Part shown: positions 43,743 through 58,500 of the stretch, piece after piece
Layout: every line of letters begins with the position of its first letter
Position numbering within the stretch: position 1 is the first letter of the stretch
Origin: Dimorphilus gyrociliatus
Taxonomy: Eukaryota > Animalia > Annelida
Assembly: GCA_904063045.1 (NCBI GenBank)
Contig: CAJFCJ010000020.1
Coordinates: 922,916 to 986,915 of the forward strand
DNA: 64,000 nucleotides
Direction: 5' to 3'
Notes under the pieces: generated by a model
Seen by the model: the letters and a program-made list of their open reading frames with translations, nothing else
Database searches by the model: none
What the model was told of the DNA's origin: nothing
Position numbers and translations under genes: made by a program

Positions 43743-46700
43743 TGAGAGAGAGAAAAAGAGACATTTCTTCTTGTTTGCCTAGTTGAACAACTTTCTCTTC
43801 AAATAAATGGAATTGACGGTAGACACCTTTTCACTAGAGAGATAATAGAATTTATTTAGACAAATTTACTAAAATGCAATGTTCAGATAATGCAATTTAC
43901 CTGCTTTTCATATACTCTTTTGATTGAAAAGGACATTTGTTTTTCCAGAGAGGTCTCTAACTCAACAGGAAATTTTTAATTAAAATATTTCAACGAATAA
44001 TCTAATTTTCAATTGCGCAGTTTCAACTTAAAGTAAAACATCTTTTAAAAACCTTACTCAATTATGTAATCATAGATCCTATATTTTTGATGCTATCGTC
44101 GCTTTGAATGTTTTTACAAGATAGGCAATGGGAACTTAAAGCTTACTCTACCGACCAAAAAGCAGACGAATTAAATTACTGATAAGAATAAAAGGTTAAA
44201 GGAAACAATTTACGTACCTTTCTTTCTTAAAATTTAATCTCTACCCCTCCCTACTCTTTTTTTATAAAAAACGTCCAACATAAACAAGCATGCTTTTAAT
44301 AAAATACACCATAAATAGAAAACGATAAAAGGGATCAAATCGGGGTAATAATTTTGGAAAGTAAAGTCTTATTAACTTAAGAAAAACACTGATTTATTCA
44401 GTGGGAGGATATTTGAAAGATAATTTCCAAGTTAACGTAGTTGTTTGCAGACAAAACATAGAGCATTGCCTGATCAACAAATCTCTCTTCTTAGGTGAAC
44501 GATTTATAGGAAAGATAGCTAAAATTTTAAGAAATATTATAACTATTATCTTTGGAAAGCTCTAATCGAATTATTACTTACAGGCCTACTGTAAAATAGG
44601 ATTAAGGATATAGTCGTATCATTTTATTAGTGTACTTTTAATTGTATAATTTGTTCTATACAGGGGTTTTTCCCCTGTGTTTGATAGCTGGTAATCAGTA
44701 TTCCAATTTTAATAACATTAAGAAGTGATGTAAAATAATAGAAAAAATAACGTACCACCTTAAATATTTTATAGATTCATATCCTTAATACTATAATAGA
44801 AATGTAATATACTATTAAGGTAAAGTTTTAATATGCTGTATATTTATATATATATATACATATGTATACACTTATATATTATCTATCACCTACTAAGTAT
44901 AAATAATTTTTTCTTTCTTTCCAAATCAGTAATTTAAGACGTTTTTAATTAAAATTGTCACCTGAATTACCCCTTTAGAATTATAAGATCACTGATAATC
45001 CGTTTTTTTCTTACTCTCATCATTCTCAAACAGATATAATATTAGAATGTCCATCTCCATGTAAATTAAATGAATGAAAATTGATTCTAATAAATCATAA
45101 AGTCACAAAAAAGAAGTAATGAAAAACTCGCTAAAAATAATTTTTCTTTCTTTGCTGAGAGCATGAAAAAATGTTAATAATGATGGCATCATAAAATTTT
45201 GCATCATTATTACATACATGACTAGATAAAAATCTACAAAAGATAGTTTTTGTATTGTTAATCTAAGACTATATAGAACGTGCTTACATTTAAGAAGAAA
45301 TACATGCAATCTGGGAATGGACTGTGATGTAATTATTTTCATTGTATACATATAAATTTATGTGTACGTTTATAGTGTCTATACATGCACACACTGAGAT
45401 ATATATATATATATAGGGCTTGTATATACTTAGGAGATTAATATGGTAAATATTATAATGTAAACTATTTTAATTAGATCTATTTATATATTTCTTAATT
45501 AATGAAAAAATTTTCACATGAATAGACCATGTATCCATATTTATATATATGTCTATTTTTGCTTTATATAATATATTCTAGCAGGAAAAAATATTATAAA
45601 TATATTTACCTGGTTTATTAGGCTTCGATTTCAAATTGATCAATTACTCCTGCCTATATAAGAATATAATGAATAATGGGGAATCGTTAATTCCAGCCAT
45701 CTAACTTGCTTCTCTCGCTCTTTTTTCTCTTTATTGCCTTCTTTCTTTTTCAGTTTGTTATACACTGTTTTTGTAGTTGTTGACATGTTTGTTTTTCTTT
45801 TCAAAAGTTCATTAGCTTATTGAAATTTAGTCTTTTTTTCTTAAATTTCTCTTGTATCTCTTCTTAATGCTTTCTATTTCAAAGTGAAAACAGACTTTAT
45901 ATGAAATAGATAAAATTATTTGATCACGAAAGTAGAAGAGTATATGATAAGCTTTTCTAATAATGTAAATAACTTAATGAAAATTGTATTTCCTTTAAAA
46001 CATGTATGATAGATAGAATACAAGTCCAAAAAAGGTTACATCTAACTATCTTATAATGATTTAACGTGGCTAAGGCAGAATAAGAGTTGCCGTATTCATC
46101 TAAAATAGGCTCACTTTTCTCAAACTATCGAAGATAATGGAAATTTTTAGCCTTTCGAGCAAAGAATTGCTTGATTTTCTTCAAGATGTTTTATATGAAA
46201 AATAGCATGTTTAACAAGTTACTTTTACTTATCATTTTATACAGGTTATGGTTACATTTGCAGCCACTTATGTTATTGTTGCTCTTAGTATTGACCGACT
46301 CTACGCTATAGCTTGGCCTTTAAAATTTAAAGAAAGTAGTAAGTTTTCATTATTTATAAGATGAAAGCAATTATTAACAAATATAATCACATCCTCTCTT
46401 AAGGCAAACGCAGTAGAATTTTAATTACAATTGCTTGGATATTACCGATGATTTTTGCTTCTCCATATTTAATTTTTACTAAAATTGGTATTGTACATCC
46501 TTGTGATAAAAGACCACAATGTAAAGTTGAAATTCCTCCGTTATCAGGCAAAATTGAATGGAGAGTAAGTTTCAAAATTTCCATATTAAGATAATGATTT
46601 GGAAAGTATAATATTAAAATTCTTTATATATTCTTACTGCAGGTTTTCCTAACAATCCAGGCCGTTTTAGTATTTATCATTCCCACACTTATTATCTCGG

Positions 46701-47330
46701 CTTGTTATATTTCTATTATATACGTTATCTGGAGAAATAGTTCAACATCTACCTCTTTTTCGAGGCTTCAGTTGAGTTGTGAAAGTAATTTATATAAAAA
46801 TCAATTAAAAAATTTATTAATAAGCATTTGCGATAAACAGAAGCGTCCTCTAGAAAAGTGATATCGAGAGCTAAAGTTAAAACTATAAAAGTAACTCTTG
46901 TTATTGTTATTGGTAAATATTACGTAATAGTACTCTCTATTAATATTAATCAACTTAAACTTTGTTCTCATTTCAGCTTTTATACTTTGTTATAGTCCAT
47001 ATTTTCTCTTTCAATTATGCCGAGTTTACAATGCTCTACCTAGCATTAGTAGAAACAATAAATTAAGCGTTTTCATTACTTCTTTAGCTAACTTGAATAG
47101 TGCTACAAATCCAATAATCTATTTTATTTTCTCCATAAGAACAACTACGAGATCAAGGTATAGTAAATTTACTTATCAACAAAGTAAAATGACCTTACAG
47201 TACTGAACTTTACAGATTTCATTTTTGTTGTAAAAGATTTTGGTGCTGCCGAAAATTTAGTAGGCGAACCAATAGATCAAATGACTATGGAATGATGACA
47301 CTGGCTTCAAGTGTCATGGCAATGAGGTGA
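40194..47330 (+). CDS. Rhodopsin-class neuropeptide receptor, CCAP/neuropeptide-S/vasopressin family. Exons 40194-40286, 42266-42401, 42487-42590, 46245-46338, 46404-46564, 46643-46784, 46841-46912, 46977-47157, 47216-47330
   Basis: TM1 GN, LAIADL, WYGGLVACK, SIDRL, SRAKVKTIKVT, CYSP, NSATNPIIY; four N-glycosylation sequons in exon 1; Cys pairs in the C-tail. Confidence 0.92.
43712..43741. repeat. (TG)15 microsatellite
   Basis: Perfect run in the GPCR intron. Confidence 0.95.
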
Positions 47331-49348
47331 AACTATCAAAAGGACACAAAATACTCAAAACGATCGACAGAACAATAAAGAAAAACGAAGTAGCTTTTTT
47401 TTGTAAAGAATAAGAAACATTTTATTTCTCCCTTTATGGAAAGAGGAAGGAATAAAGTGACTAAAAGAGGCCACCAACAATTCTAATTTACATTTTTCGC
47501 CTTCAAATTTTATGGAACACAAAAAAAAATACTTAGCAAATAATTATATATTGTACCATTAATTGTAACAACTTCTATACAGTAATATCTATAGACTATG
47601 TTATTCATATATACATACTTATATACAGTGTATATATAATATATTTATATATTAATATAAAACATTTAAGGTAAAATAATATTTTATCTTTTATTTAAGA
47701 TATAAATATGATTTTTGTTGTAAATATATCTAACATCTATTAAAAATACACATTAATAGTGACTATTTGATTCTTTATACTATAAACAACAAGAAGATAT
47801 ATATATATATATATATATACTGTATATATATAGGTTTCTTTATCGCAGAATAAAGATGGAAATAGCGTTTGACCATATATTAAAAGATTTTTGAGGCATG
47901 TATAAGAAAATCTTGCTTGAAGGGAGACAACGTATTGATTTTTATCCCTAAGATGAAATTTTTTGATTTTTTCTTAGCGTGCTTTTATACTTAAGACAAT
48001 GTTAATACTTTTAATTTTATTATAATCAGCGTATAGATAATGTAAATAGAATTAGTTTTCAGATAGCTTTTATTGTCCAAAAATCAGGTAAAAGCTTCAG
48101 TAAAAAAAGAAAGGAATTAGGGAAAATACACCTTTTTATTTTTCCTTTTCAGATGTAAACAAGTGTATAAATAAAATTTTTACATTTTTCCTTCCTTTCT
48201 TTATAATAAGGCGTTTAACCTATAACTGCTTAATGGATTTTTTTCTCATTGGATCCTATTTAAATTTCCCTTCTTCCAACTTCTTATCCTCTTTCTTATA
48301 ATTACTGATTACATAATAAAGTACATTTAAACTGATATCTTACATTCTATTTAAGTGATTTAACATGGAATACAACGATATTCTATTAATTACAAACCTT
48401 TTATTTCAATTCATCTATTTCCTTTTGGGTTATCTTTCGTCTATGTTTCCTTTTGAGAAAGATCTAAGTGCACTTGTGGAATGGATTTTCTTTCTAATTT
48501 TCTTCATATTGCCAACTAATTCTTTCGTAAACATTAAACTTTCATGCTATGTTAATTTTACAAAAGAGTTCTATTGCTTTTTAATACTTTTAATTCTTTT
48601 CTCTATTTAGATTTTAATATGTTTTATTGGCAAACTATTCAATAGTTTCAACGTGATAAGTACTTAATAAACCTCTGCACAAATTCCTATTTTACTTCTA
48701 CCTATCAACTCTTTAATCATTTTTTCCAAAGCTTTTATGATTTCGATTTATAGTCAATGAAACCATTGATAGTCTTCTTTTTGAATGAACGAATAGATCG
48801 CGTCCTTTAACGGCTTCAAACAAATTTGAACTTAGAATCTTTTTTCCTCTCATCTTGTTCGGTTCACAGTAAATAGCTTTCAGACATTTATTAACAATAA
48901 GATTCTCTATATTTTCTCCTGTTCCTTTGTAATTCAACAAATAACTCTTATTCTTTTCTTTCATTTTTTGGATCGAATAAGCAAAGTGTTTATTGTAAAA
49001 ATACTCTCTTTGAAAGATATTAGAAAGAAGTAATGTATTGAGAGAAAAAGGAGACTACAGTGATGAGAAATAAAAAGAAAAGAAAATGATTAATTACTTC
49101 AGAAATCACAATTTACACCCTGCACCTTATACAAAAAGATTAGTATAAATCCAGGTTGCTGCTGCCATCTATATAATATCTAGATCTTTCATTCTACCCA
49201 TGCTTTTGTGCAATGGGATTTTAGACAATTTTTATCATATTTTATGCTGCAAAAGTATAACTGCTACAAGCAGATAATGTTATTAAATGATTAATTTATA
49301 TATTAATAATGTATCAACATATGCAGTGTATATACTAATATTAATATA

Positions 49349-51010
49349 AAGTAAACTTCATAAAAATTGGAACACCTCGAATTTTGAATAGGCCAACGTA
49401 TCAAAAATGTTTTTCACTAAGAAAAAAGATATTTTTTTAATTTTTTCTGCATAAAATGTTAGATGAAGCTTAAATTTATATATAATTTTCTTTCAAATAC
49501 GATTTAGGTAAGATTTTATATCATTTTTTTTTGTTTATATTATGTACTGTTTTGTTGATTTTTTTTTCTTATTTGGCCGCACTTCATAATAATTGGAACA
49601 CCAACAAAAATGTTCCTATTATTCCTACTTTTGTATCTGACTACCCTCTTTTTCAATGCATTGCCTGATTCTATGCCCCATTCCATCATATAGACGTGGT
49701 AACAACCCTGGCTGCTCTTTTATAAGCTCATAAGAGCATTTTTTGATTTTTTTCCACAATTCGTCCTCTGATTCGAATTGTGGACCATCGTATACCAGGT
49801 TTTTGGTAAGGTGCCACATGTTCTCGATTGGGCTGAGGTCGGGGCTCTTTGCTGGCCAATCAAGAGGATGGATATCATTCATTTGAAAGGCTCTTTTAGT
49901 CGTCCTCGCTGTGTGGCACCCAGAATTATCTTGCTGGAAGATGTATTTCCTCCCCATTTTTGCCTCAATCTCTTCGATAACAGGGAGGACATCTTCTACA
50001 ATAAAACAGCTGTAATTTTCAGCATTAAGCCTTTTCCTTATCCACCAAATTTCGAATATTCCATCATAGGTTATTAGTCCCCAGACCATTACTCCACATC
50101 TGCCCAGGTTTTTGTCACCCTGAAATCTTTTTCACCATCTTTGGTCCAGGTATGAAAATCATCTGGCCCACTCAGTGAGAATCTAGCCTCATCAGTGAAA
50201 ATTACTTTAGACCAGTCTAGATTATCACTGATCATCTGGAGGCAGAAACTTTTTCTCCTCTAACAATTATTTGTTGTAAGATCAAGTGTTTGCCTAACTT
50301 GCTTATTCCTAAATTTTTGTTTTTTTAGCTCTCTCTGTATGGTTAATAGGCTAACATCTACATCTAACTCTTTCAAAATTTTTCTTGCTGTCACCCTCTC
50401 CTTATTTATTTTCATTTTTTGTATAGCCCTCTTCATCCTGCCTGTATCTCTCTCTGTAAGTTTCTTTGGACGACCTCTATTCTCCTCTTCTGGTGGTTGA
50501 TACCTTAAAATATTGCTAACAGAAGAGGGTGCCATTCCTAAAGCTCTTGCTGTGGCTTGTAGTTTTTGTAATTCATTGTATTTCTTGAATACAAGCTCCC
50601 TTATGTCTTTACTCCACGACATATTTAAATTAGTACAATAAAAATAAAGTAATATAAATGAAATTAACAAATATTTAATAAAGATAACTTAGAAAATCAA
50701 AGATGTTGAAAAAAATGTTTTTTGCGACATCTATTTGAGTGCCAAACCAGATGTCAAGTGACTGTTCCAATAATTATGAAGTGCGGCCAAATAAAGAAAA
50801 AATTGATGAAAATGACCAAAAATATTTTGCTTATAATATTCATAAATATTATCATTTTGTCAATTTTTTTCAATATTATGTAAATATAACCCTTTTTTTA
50901 TAGAAATTTAGACCAAAAAAAATAATTTACAGGGAAAAAACAATTTTAACCGTTAATTAAAAGTTGGCCTATCAAAATTTACGGTGTCCATTCTTTTATG
51001 AAGTCCACTT
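49349..51010 (-). mobile_element. Tc1-family (DD34E) transposon with IR/DR terminal inverted repeats and TA flanks; transposase 50622-49625 inactivated
   Basis: VIFTDE, QQDN...(34)...PIENMW, WPAKSPDLSPIE, GRPKKLT. Outer IRs at about 49349-49398 and 50962-51010, inner IRs at about 49569-49600 and 50763-50794. TAG at 50260-50262 and a 1-nt deletion near 50110-50114. Confidence 0.95.
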
Positions 51011-51343
51011 TATACTGTATTTCAGACAGGAAAGAGAAATTTCATTGGTATTTTTAACTTTCAGTTTTTCAGTATTTCATAAATAGAAGATCAATAACAA
51101 AAAAAGCACTAAGAATTAATTACAACCTTTCAAAGCCAACAAAAATTTAAACATAATTGATAAATAAAATATGTCAGAGGATAGATATTTTCTTGTCAAA
51201 GATCTACTTTTTTCAAATTCATTTGTTATCTACTACAATAGATCTAGAATAGATTCTTTTGCAATTGCGTGTTGAACAAGAATTTATAATATACAAAACA
51301 TTTGAGCAAACTATTATTAGCAAGAGAGTAAAAGAGTGAGAGA

Positions 51344-51347
<4 letters not shown>

Positions 51348-51378
<31 letters not shown>
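51348..51378. repeat. (GA)n microsatellite
   Basis: Near-perfect run. Confidence 0.9.
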
Positions 51379-51379
<1 letters not shown>

Positions 51380-52138
51380 TCATGAAAACTATTACAGAAT
51401 ATAGGTACATGTAATACTTAGCTCATAAATAAAACTATTTTTATTTTTTAAATGAAACTTTTGTATTCATATTCTAATAGGCTTAGATATAATAAAACTA
51501 TGTTATTACTCGTACATATAACTTTCACCAAAGAAAAAAGTCTTCGTCAATATGACACTAATGAAAGGTACATAAGTTATGATAAGTTGCTTATTCTCCT
51601 TATTTTTCAAATTTATTAATATTAGAAAAGATCAATGAGATAGATTGATTGAAAGTATCAAACAAGTAGTTTTATAGGATTCCTTTTGAAATGATTCAAC
51701 CATATACTAATTTATTTATATTTATATAGGCTATATAATTTTCCATACTAATTTGGAGTTGGATTAAAGAGATGAGTGAAAAATTTTTCAAAAAATTTAT
51801 TTGAAAAATTTTCTCAGGGAACTGTTATTCATTGTGAAAACATCATTCATGAATTATTTGTTATTAAGAATAGAATGAGCAAGGTATTCTAGTCAAACAG
51901 TTGAATCTTTAGAGTCAGAGTATACTGGGTGGAGATATAATATGTCATTCATTTTCAAAAAATCGTATTCAATATAGAAAATATTTATATCACAGTTTAT
52001 AAGAATATTTTCATTCTCTTTTTCTGAGAAAATCGCTTGGACCTAATACAGTAAATTGTATGAAAATAAATCGCTCTATTCGATCTAATCATAAAAAAAG
52101 GCCAAAATTTTGGATTCTCTCTAAGAAGAGAATGAATT

Positions 52139-52215
52139 GAATATTCACCGAGTGAAAAAGCTTTTAAAAGTAGAATATTCACCGTATGAAAAGGCTTTAA
52201 AAAGTAGAATATTCA
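52139..52215. repeat. About 2.3 copies of a 34-bp tandem repeat (GAATATTCACCG..TGAAAA.GCTTT.AAAAGTA)
   Basis: Units start at 52139, 52173 and 52207. Confidence 0.85.
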
Positions 52216-52399
52216 GTTTAATTCGTAGGTTTTAAAGTAGACAAGGACAAAAAATACAGTGAACATTTTTCAATATGTGTAAAGGTGAAAACGTGTTTAT
52301 TCTAGTGTAATATGACAATTTACAGGTGCTTTAGAATCGTTAATGTTAAAACACTACCGCAAAATATATAATAGTCAATCATTTCTTTTAACTTTTAAG

Positions 52400-53220
52400 C
52401 ATTTTGTGTTTTATGGATCCGCCTTCCTTTTTGTTACCTACATCCTATAAGGATTTTTTTAACTTATTTATTTATCTCAAATTTTTTATTTTGACAATCT
52501 ATAGCCCAAACAGTTTGGTAATATTTTTCATCTTTAAAAATAATCCTTATAAACTTCCCCTCCTTATATTTTCCATTATTTTTAAGTGAGGGAAAGTGGC
52601 GGACCATTTTATGTCTTTTTTGTATAGAGAATGAAAGGTTGGAATCAGTGTCTCCTCTGGAATAGCTCTATAGTCCTCATTCTATGCTTGACAAAAGATA
52701 AGTTTTCTCTACTCTCAAAAGAAACCTCTCTGCTTAGAGAAAACTTTGTTCTATTTTTTCAGATCGTACCAGTAATAGGCCCAGCTGTCTAAATTGAATT
52801 TATCTTCATCACTGAACATAATCTTGTGCCAAAAATTGAGATCACGATAAATGTAGCAGAAAGTCAATCTTTGATCAATAGCTCTACAAGTTGATGTTGG
52901 CTTTTTCAACATTTTCCTTTCCCTTCAATACATTTTGGATAATGCTTATGCAGCTTGGAAGAATTAGTCCTCTTTTTCTATTTTCAATGGATATTGACTT
53001 GTTTTGTGAAAAATCAACAATTGTTTTCTTCTGAATCTTGATATAGATTCTTCCCCCTCCTCGCCCCCTCCCCTACTACATTCACACTCTCTAGTCTTTT
53101 CTGAATCTTTGAAGTATTCCCTAATAGTAACTTTGCTTCTTCAAATACTTTTTGCTAATTTTTCAAGAATGGCTTTCCTCTCCTAAAAATTTCAATTTTC
53201 CTTTACTCCACCTCTCTTTC
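52400..53220 (-). mobile_element. Highly degenerate Tc3-like transposase relic
   Basis: LAKSI*RSKVTIREYFKD (HTH), WHKIMFSDEDKFNLDSWAYYWYDLKK, KWSATFPHLKIMEN (from WPARSPDLNPIEN), KEGGSIK; multiple stops, and the QQDN segment is missing. Confidence 0.8.
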
Positions 53221-54103
53221 AATATATAATGCAACTATGCATAAAACATAATTCACTGATTATCAAAAGTACAGCAAAATAGACAATAGAGATTATATTC
53301 TTTGGATAGCTTTTGTAGCATCTGCAGTGACTATAGATTTATATAACATAACTGTATATAAATATAATGGAATTCGTGAAATTAATTACACTAATACACG
53401 CATTCGTTCAAATATGGATTCAAAAATTTTCAATAATTTTATTACATTTTTATTATCAGTAACTCTGCAATGTAAAAAATAATCGAGTGGAAGAAAACAA
53501 AGATGAAAATGTAAATACAATTAATAGCAGATGCTGTGTGATATAAAGCATATTGCCAATGAATTATGTATTTTTTTCAACAAAGCTGAATATGTTTCAA
53601 AACATCAAGTCATCAAATGTTCAATAATTGGTTATAAAAAAAAAACAACTTGAATACTGAAGACAAATTTTAGTTTTCAAGAAATTAATTGAAAATTTTA
53701 TATTTTATACAAAGCTATATGATTATTCAACTTTTTGTAACTTAAAAATACACTCTCAAAGTATAAAGCAGTGCTGAATTCAATAAATAATGAATTGCCT
53801 ATTGCTTAAGCTAAATCGAACGAGTTTAAACTGAACAATGTAAGTATACTATTGTATAATATAATAAAATGCTAACTCAAAGAAGTAGTATTGCTTCAGT
53901 TCTGCTTGAATGATTAGCTGTAAGGGTGAAAAGATAACAACTAAATTCTGTTGAATTTAGGAATAAAGGTTTTGACAAGGTATACACTTGTTAAATGGGT
54001 ATATATATTTATATATATATATATATGGCACTTTTCTATTGGACGTACGAAGAGAATATCCAATATAAAAAGAACCTGTCCTTTCAGTCGCAAAGCATTC
54101 GCT

Positions 54104-55504
54104 ATGATAAAGAAGAAGACTAAGTGTTTATCGAAGAAAGAAAAATTATTCAAGAAACTAGGTCTTCGACGTTCTTGCACAGGATTTAATCAGAATAACT
54201 CTAAAGGAGGTAAGAATAATTAATTAATTTTTTAATATATAAACGAAAATTAAATGTTATTTAAAAAAAAACACGCCCACGTACTCACGTGCACATTTAA
54301 GACTCTTATTCTTTTTACTTTATTTATCTTGTATCTTAAACAGAAAGAAAGAAAACTAGCTCACAAACATCGAATTTTGCCGATTCTTTAGAAGAATTTC
54401 TACCAGGTTATAATTGGGTGGCGAATAAAATAGTTCGTATTATTTTAATTAGATACCTTAAAGTATTATATTTTAATTTATTAACTCAATATATTGACGT
54501 TATTAATTTATAGAATTCTTAAATAATATTATTTGTTGATATCGTAGTCGTTCATTATTTACTAACCATTATATTTTTTTTATTATTTAAATTGTCTTTG
54601 CTAATTCCATATGTACTTTTTATATCAATTTATAAACTATATCCTACGTGCTGTATATAATTGATCTAATATATATATATACAGTATATTGGATACAAAA
54701 ATGATCCAATATCATCAACACATTTCTCATTTATTTGACCTATAGATTACCAATTTACTAATTATCTTAAGTAGGACAATGTTATATTTAAATATTTAAA
54801 TAATTTAATTGTTTAACCGAAGACTAATAGAAAGAAGTTTACCTGAGAAATATTTTCTACATTACGTTTGAAACTATATAACATAAAAAGGATTTTTTTC
54901 TATACGCTGTTCAAAAATTGAATGAGTTTAATATTTTTAATAATAAAGTATTTGACAAATTCCAATACTATGAATAGAAAATTAGAGTTATTCCGTAAAT
55001 AAATTCCAGTATATTAGAAATGATATATACTGTATATACTATCTATTATCTTTATGCGAATGAAATGTTTAATTAAATTGATTTCCTAGTAAAAATATAA
55101 AATTCCCATAATCTATTATTAATTTTCCTAAAATAGAATTTTTTACGAAATTTATTAACAATTCAATTGTTAAACTATTATAATTAACCTTTTATTTTTT
55201 TTCTCTATTTATTATATTTAATAAAAAATAGACTTCATAAAAAAATCAAGTAAAAAATATAACAATTATAGAATACAACTGGTTACCAATAGTCACTGAT
55301 AAAAAGAATAAATATTGCTTTGCTATTTGTCCAATTTTAAGGTTTTGATCAACAGTTAGTACAACCCAAAAAAATTTAATCTCTAATTGATCTCCTCTTT
55401 GAATGCAGTGGTAATTTCTTTCTTGATTGTTAATCAAAGTTGAGAGATATCAATAACTTTTTCAGTAGTATTTTCTATAAGTGCTACTGTAGTAGTATTA
55501 TTCT

Positions 55505-55540
<36 letters not shown>

Positions 55541-58500
55541 TGTATACACTAATACAAGTATATGTAATAAGAATAACTAATTAGGTGAACTGCTACTAAT
55601 TTATGCAATAGGACTAGATAAATATAGTCTATTCAATGTGATAATCATTTATGAATGATTATACAAATTGTTAATGATCAATTTTTTTAAATACTATAAA
55701 ATTAATCATTTCTTCTTCATAATGGTAATATCTTTCACAAAATATTTCACTTTATTTAATAATTGAATAGCCTACAAGACAATGAATATATACATCTATG
55801 TTTGTATTTATAGAACAATTGGAAATCGTAAAAATATAGGTGGCAGTATTGCTAATTGCGTTATATTGTATAGGAAGAAAACATTTCTTTCATTATGAGT
55901 TTTATTTACACCTGTAGTGCTTGAGCTGAGACAGAGGAAGGGAGAAGCTTAGCTTTAAGAAAATTACTTTCTTATCATTATTTTTTTCAAGCTGTAAGAT
56001 TTGAACTTTGACTGTATTTTTATTTCTCCTTATTTATTTCCTTAAAAGATAAAATTTAGCATTGTTGTATACATTTATACTCTTCTAATATTTCATTTTG
56101 TCTTTAGACGGGAAAGCATTCGATGCCTAGAAATTCTACACCGGATTCAACCCAACATCAGCAATGTTCATCTTCAGAATTGTTTGATCATAAAGACACT
56201 GCAAATTTATATTCTAAAGGAAAGGGAAACAATAAATTAGAAATGAAAGAATCAAATACTAAAGAAAAGAATTTAAACAATCTGGAAAATGAACACGAAA
56301 CAGCAATCAATTTATCTGGAACAGCGCGAATCGAAAGTGAAGTTCATTCCACAGACGACGAAAATCAATTAAAAACTAACATTTTAGGAAAAAGAAAAAG
56401 TCCCTTTTCTCTGAATGCAGGTGAGCCCGGTTACCAAAAAGTGGAAAGAATACATTCGCCACAAACTACTGGAGATAATTACGGACCGAAAATTGATAAT
56501 GTAGAAAACCAAAGTGCCTCTGTGGATATGAGTAATGATGTTATTTGTTTGAGTGATCGTGATAAAGGAGGTATGTATGATTTACTTAATTTAAAAGAAA
56601 AAAAATCAAAATAGATTACCTATTCATCTTTATTTTAACACATCAAATCTACGAAAACTTTTCAATTATGGCCTATTCTGTTTTTCTTTTTCAATAATAT
56701 ATATTCTATAGTGGAGTGTACAAGCAGCGTGTTAGTACATAGAACATTAATTTTTATACTTTAATATCCAATAGTATTAAGATTACTCAATAATTTCACA
56801 TAGTAAGATGGGTATTATATTATTGTATAAAACAAAAAACAGAGTACTTGACCTAGTTTGTTTTCTTTTTTAGAAAGTATAATTATTATTAAATCTTGTA
56901 TTGTTTTTACTGTATTAATAGTCCTGTACAGCTACGGCACAATTAGTACAGATAGGTGAAAACGTATTCATTATCTACCACGGACTTTGTCTCTTTTAAA
57001 GAATATACCAACAAAAACAACATTCTTTTCCGCCGTAATAATAGGATTATCACATTGCATCCTATCTTAAGTTTAGAAACAGTATATATTACTTATAAAT
57101 GCGCTTCTGTAGGTGTTTTATAATAGATGATATTATTTTTCCCACATATAGTTTAATATAAATAATCTATTAGAAAAGAAATAGCAAAACTATTAATATT
57201 CATCTACTTCATATTATCTACTAAAAAGAAACATGTTCAATAGAAATGAATTATTCTATTATTACAATTATTATAGCAGATCTTTCTTTCCTAAGAACTA
57301 CCTTCCCACCTTCAAAGTCATTACAAAGGCATTCTTTGCGTTGGCCTATATAAATAAATGACACAAAAGGTTTATACAGTATACACCATATATATATATA
57401 TTTGAATCTGGTTTTTACAAATGAAAGATATATCTGTCTAAATTTCAAAAATAAAAAAAACAGCAACAAAAGGCTAAGTAAAAGAGGAATAAAGGCATAC
57501 TTTTTGTTGTGTGTATATACTCTATTTAAAGGGGAAATCGTCTTTTCTTTTTCTCACAAAAAAAAAATTATTTATATTAAAAATTAACTATAGCTGCTAA
57601 TTTAATTTACATAGATTACCATACAAATATAAAACTTATTCTCTTGTCTTAGTTATAGTATAAATATTTTAATCATTAATTAAACGTTATTTAATATTCA
57701 TAAACTATCAAAGAATATTGTACGTGGGAGGGTATGAAAGAAAATACTAATATGAAAAATATAAAAGGCAAGAATGAACGAAAGAAAACAGGATTAAGTT
57801 GCCTTAAAAAGAAAGAAAAAGAAGAAAAGAATGAAAAAAATACTAAATTCTTCCAGCTAAGAAGTATTAAATGGCCTGATTTAGAAAATCCAGCTTAGGT
57901 TGTAAATTATTTGCGTATAGATTATCTTCTATTCAAAGGCAAACAATGCCTATTCTCTTTTAGTCAAAAATTTTATAACATTTTGTTAAGGGAACAGGTT
58001 AAGACTTATTTTTATTAGACTCAAATAGGCTTATCATATTAAACCGGAAATAATAACGTATGTTTTAAGCGAAACAATTAAATGAAAAATAATGGGAAAT
58101 CTATTATATAAATTTTATAATTTCCCTGTTGACTTTCTAATACAAAAGAAATAAAAAGAAAAGTTTATTTTTATAAGAGAAATAAGTATTTAAGAAGTAA
58201 TTTTTTCACCCTAGAAATAAGACTATTTTCTTTTATGTTTTCTTAACAGAATATTAAAGTTGTTTTTATCTATTCTTTGCATATTTAACCTATTTATATC
58301 GTTCTCAGGAAATCATACATAAAATTTAGTATAATAGAGTACAGTTTAGATATAGTTTTTTTTTTCTATGACAAAGAAAGACACTCCGTCAATGTCCAAC
58401 TGTATGTCTCCTTCTGTGTGAGTGTGCGTATGTCTATCTGTCTGACTGACTGTCTGGCTGTCTTAGGCTAGTTAATCAATATTCAATTAATCAATTAAGC

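Noticed and set aside
48300-48964. Coding-like minus-strand stretch (ORF 48713-48964 plus frameshifted IEIIKALEKMIKELIGRSKIGIC)
   Set aside because: May be a decayed transposon or LINE endonuclease, but no diagnostic motif can be read; needs tBLASTx against Repbase.
52598-52610. YY1-like GGCGGACCATTTT
   Set aside because: It is the reverse strand of the transposase relic's KWSAT codons.
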